Of a DNA stretch of 64,000 bases, positions 61,288-64,000 are shown in pieces. This DNA is from an uncultured Poribacteria bacterium. GTDB taxonomy: Bacteria; Poribacteria; WGA-4E; WGA-3G. The stretch lies in the NCBI GenBank assembly GCA_951813565.1, contig OX638351.1, forward strand, positions 1,664,001 through 1,728,000, written 5' to 3'. Position 1 is the first letter of the stretch. Every line of letters begins with the position of its first letter. The notes below the pieces were generated by a model. The model ran no database searches and was not told the DNA's origin. It worked only from the letters and a program-made list of their open reading frames with translations. The position numbers and the translations under genes were made by a program.

Positions 61288-61526
61288 AAATATTGTCCTT
61301 TCCAATTGTTTAAATTTTGGGTTGTAATACTGTCTCTCTATGTTTAGATGTGAGCAGGTTTTCAGAAAATATAAAATGATGATCCACTTATACACATTAT
61401 TGGATGCACTTTTATGTTTACTGCCTGCACAAAATGGAGCGTATACAACTACCCTTAACCTGTTCTTGTTGTAAAACTCGATTAAACACACATCCCAAAT
61501 TCACGTCAAAACGAAATACCTAAATT

Positions 61527-63338
61527 GTGCAACACACGCAGTATAGATTCATCGGTGTGGAAAGGAAGAATCCCATTCGCAGTCTACTCGGTCTCAAAAA
61601 GTACGTTAAACGTTATCGATACGCCATCTTGTTCAGTTTCATCCTTGTTGTTTTAACAAATGGATTACTTCTGATCGGTCCGCAGATATTAAAGACTGTT
61701 TTTGATGAGTTACAACAAGCGGATAGAGACCCGAACCTGACAGTGTCAAGAGATCGGATTTTGTTTTTAGCTGCGTTTTTTTTCGGTGTCGCCCTCGTTG
61801 GGGGTATTCTGCGTTTCGTCCAACGTCGTACTATGCAAGGTGTTGCGCGGCAAATGGAATTTCACCTCCGCGCTGACTTTTTTCTACATCTCCAAAAACT
61901 CTCCGCTTCCTATTACGATAATGTGCGCACAGGCGATTTAATGACGCGCGCTACCAGCGACCTAAATGCTATTCGGATGGTTCTTAGCAGTGCCATCATA
62001 TATACTGCCGATGCTACGGTGTTTTTTGGATTAGCATTAGTTATCATGTTGCACATTGATGCTACACTGACTCTCGTCGCTTTGTTGCCCTTTCCTATCC
62101 TTGCTATCATAATTCGTTTACTTGCCAAACGCCTACATGCCCACTACGAGAGAATTCAAGAGGCTTTTTCGACAATGAATACAAAGGTTCAAGAAAACTT
62201 GTCAGGTGTACGGGTTGTCAAAGCATATACACTTGAGGCGGATGAGGTTGAAAACTTCAAGGAACTGAATCAAGAATTTGTTAATCGTAACCACAAGCAG
62301 ATTCGATTGATGAACTTCTTCTTTCCGTTATTCCGTTTTCTACCGGGGATTGCTGGCGTAGTCGTCCTTTGGATGGGAGGACTCCATGTGATTCAGGATA
62401 AAATAACCCTTGGTGATTTTATTGCTTTCAGTGCCTACCTTATGATGCTTCGCCGTCCGATGATCACGCTTGGATTTATCGTTAACACTTTTGAACGTGG
62501 CGCTGCATCTATGGATCGGATAAATGCAATCCTAAGTGAAGAACCCGAAATTTACGATGGTGAAGACGTTAAGTGGGACATAAAAGATATTGAAGGCGAG
62601 ATAGAATTTAGAAATCTCAATTTTTCATATCCTGATGGACAGTCCGTACTAAAAAGCATCAATCTTAAAATCAAACAGGGAACTACGCTTGCAATTGTAG
62701 GTGGAACAGGATCAGGAAAATCCAGCCTTGTCAATCTAATTCCACGTATCCGTCAAGCAGAACGTGGTACCATTTTTATTGATGGTGTAGACATCCAAGA
62801 TATACCGTTGAATGTTCTCCGTTCCAATATCGGATTTGTAGAGCAAGAGCCATTTCTGTTTTCAGATTATTTACGGAATAACATCGCTTACGGTGTCGAC
62901 ACCCCGAATGACGAGGAGATAAGAGAGGCAGCACACAGTGCAGATCTACTATCGCAAATTGAGGAGTTTCCAGACGGATTGCAGACCTTACTCGGTGAAC
63001 GTGGGATCACAATTTCGGGAGGACAACGCCAACGGAGCGCACTCGCGCGTGCTATTATAATTAAACCTAAAATACTTATCCTTGATGATGCATTTGCGAA
63101 TGTAGACACACAAACCGAGGATACAATTCTCAGTCGACTCGCTGAAATCATGAAGGGTCGAACAACTATCCTCATTTCGCACAGGATTTCAACAGTTAAA
63201 GCAGCCGATCACATAATCGTTTTGAATGATGGCAGTATCGTTGAATCTGGCACGCATGAACAGCTTCTTGAAAAAAACGGTATTTATGCTGGTATCTATG
63301 AAACACAACTCTTGCAGGATGAGCTTGAGGAACTTTAG
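61527..63338 (+). CDS. ABC exporter, fused permease/ATPase (degenerate Walker B)
   Basis: GGTGSGKS, ISGGQRQR, ILILDD, SHR. Confidence 0.92.
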   Translation: MQHTQYRFIGVERKNPIRSLLGLKKYVKRYRYAILFSFILVVLTNGLLLIGPQILKTVFDELQQADRDPNLTVSRDRILFLAAFFFGVALVGGILRFVQRRTMQGVARQMEFHLRADFFLHLQKLSASYYDNVRTGDLMTRATSDLNAIRMVLSSAIIYTADATVFFGLALVIMLHIDATLTLVALLPFPILAIIIRLLAKRLHAHYERIQEAFSTMNTKVQENLSGVRVVKAYTLEADEVENFKELNQEFVNRNHKQIRLMNFFFPLFRFLPGIAGVVVLWMGGLHVIQDKITLGDFIAFSAYLMMLRRPMITLGFIVNTFERGAASMDRINAILSEEPEIYDGEDVKWDIKDIEGEIEFRNLNFSYPDGQSVLKSINLKIKQGTTLAIVGGTGSGKSSLVNLIPRIRQAERGTIFIDGVDIQDIPLNVLRSNIGFVEQEPFLFSDYLRNNIAYGVDTPNDEEIREAAHSADLLSQIEEFPDGLQTLLGERGITISGGQRQRSALARAIIIKPKILILDDAFANVDTQTEDTILSRLAEIMKGRTTILISHRISTVKAADHIIVLNDGSIVESGTHEQLLEKNGIYAGIYETQLLQDELEEL

Positions 63339-63352
63339 AGAGGAACGCACTT

Positions 63353-64000
63353 ATGTTTGGTATGGGAAGCAACCTATATGAATATAGTGATGAGGAACAA
63401 GACCTCGGAAAAGTCTATGACCGAGTGTTGATGAAGCGGCTGCTTGCATACCTCAAACCTTACACATTTCAATTGCTTGTTATCGCTATATTTACGGTAG
63501 GTAGCACGCTTGCCCGGCTCGTCGGACCATTTCTTTGGCAAATCGGTATTGATAATCATATTACACCTGGTCAATTAGACGGTTTGAACACAATCGCTGT
63601 TTTTCTCGTGTTGGGATTGATCAGCGATTTTGTGTTTACCTATTTTGCGGAGTACCACACGCAAATGACTGGACAACACGTCATGCGTGATCTTCGGCAG
63701 ACACTCTTTTCACATCTACAACGTTTGGACGTACAGTATTTTGATAAGAACCCCGTTGGTAGACTGATGACACGCGTCATGGGAGATGTCCAAGTTCTCA
63801 ATGAGTTATTTACTTCTGGTGTAATTACCGTTTTTGCTAACCTGTTGGATATATTAAGTATCATGGTGGCGATGCTGCTCTATAACTGGAAGCTTGCGCT
63901 TGTGACGTTTACAGTATTACCAATCATTTTTGGGGCAACACTTGTATACCAAATTTACTCGCGCCGTGCTTTTCGTGAACAACGCAAACAATATGCACGT
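63353..64000 (+). CDS. ABC exporter partner subunit, 5' part (runs off window)
   Basis: MFGMGSNLYEYSDEEQDLGKVYDRVLMKRLLAYLKPY...FDKNPVGRLMTR. Confidence 0.85.
   Translation, partial: MFGMGSNLYEYSDEEQDLGKVYDRVLMKRLLAYLKPYTFQLLVIAIFTVGSTLARLVGPFLWQIGIDNHITPGQLDGLNTIAVFLVLGLISDFVFTYFAEYHTQMTGQHVMRDLRQTLFSHLQRLDVQYFDKNPVGRLMTRVMGDVQVLNELFTSGVITVFANLLDILSIMVAMLLYNWKLALVTFTVLPIIFGATLVYQIYSRRAFREQRKQYAR

Noticed and set aside
1..64000. tRNA (including selC) or rRNA genes
   Set aside because: None recognised by eye; a tRNAscan/Infernal run would be needed to exclude them.

Overview
Bacterial window. The tandem trypsin-TPR and WD40 paralogs, a TolB-like protein ending VTPQGKKKITWGAIKE, a DUF1501/DUF1549-1553 pair and dense intergenic palindromic repeats suggest Candidatus Poribacteria (inference). 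Housekeeping and metabolic genes: type-2 ileS, glnE, alkaline phosphatase, aroF-leuA, sugar kinases, a doubled nfeD-floA operon, amidase plus dipeptide epimerase, a sigma54/ANTAR-controlled nitrate assimilation cluster, gnd and a heterodimeric ABC exporter. Highlights: (1) two ORFs on the minus strand (53410-54963) join through an in-frame UGA into one ~517-aa homologue of eukaryotic selenoprotein N (WGPLDDESC-U-ANGKNLR), with a bacterial SECIS-like hairpin (GGUC loop) just downstream of the UGA; (2) unannotated leader-peptide attenuators upstream of ileS (IIIAI) and of aroF-leuA (F/W/Y/L-rich), whose promoters share a 14-bp core; (3) an ANTAR RNA switch upstream of nirA; (4) a complete IS4-family element with 19-bp TIRs and a 9-bp TSD splitting a secreted-protein gene; (5) nested repeat families, including a 33-34-nt hairpin seen at both filled and empty sites. 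All calls come from reading the sequence by eye; no database searches were run.
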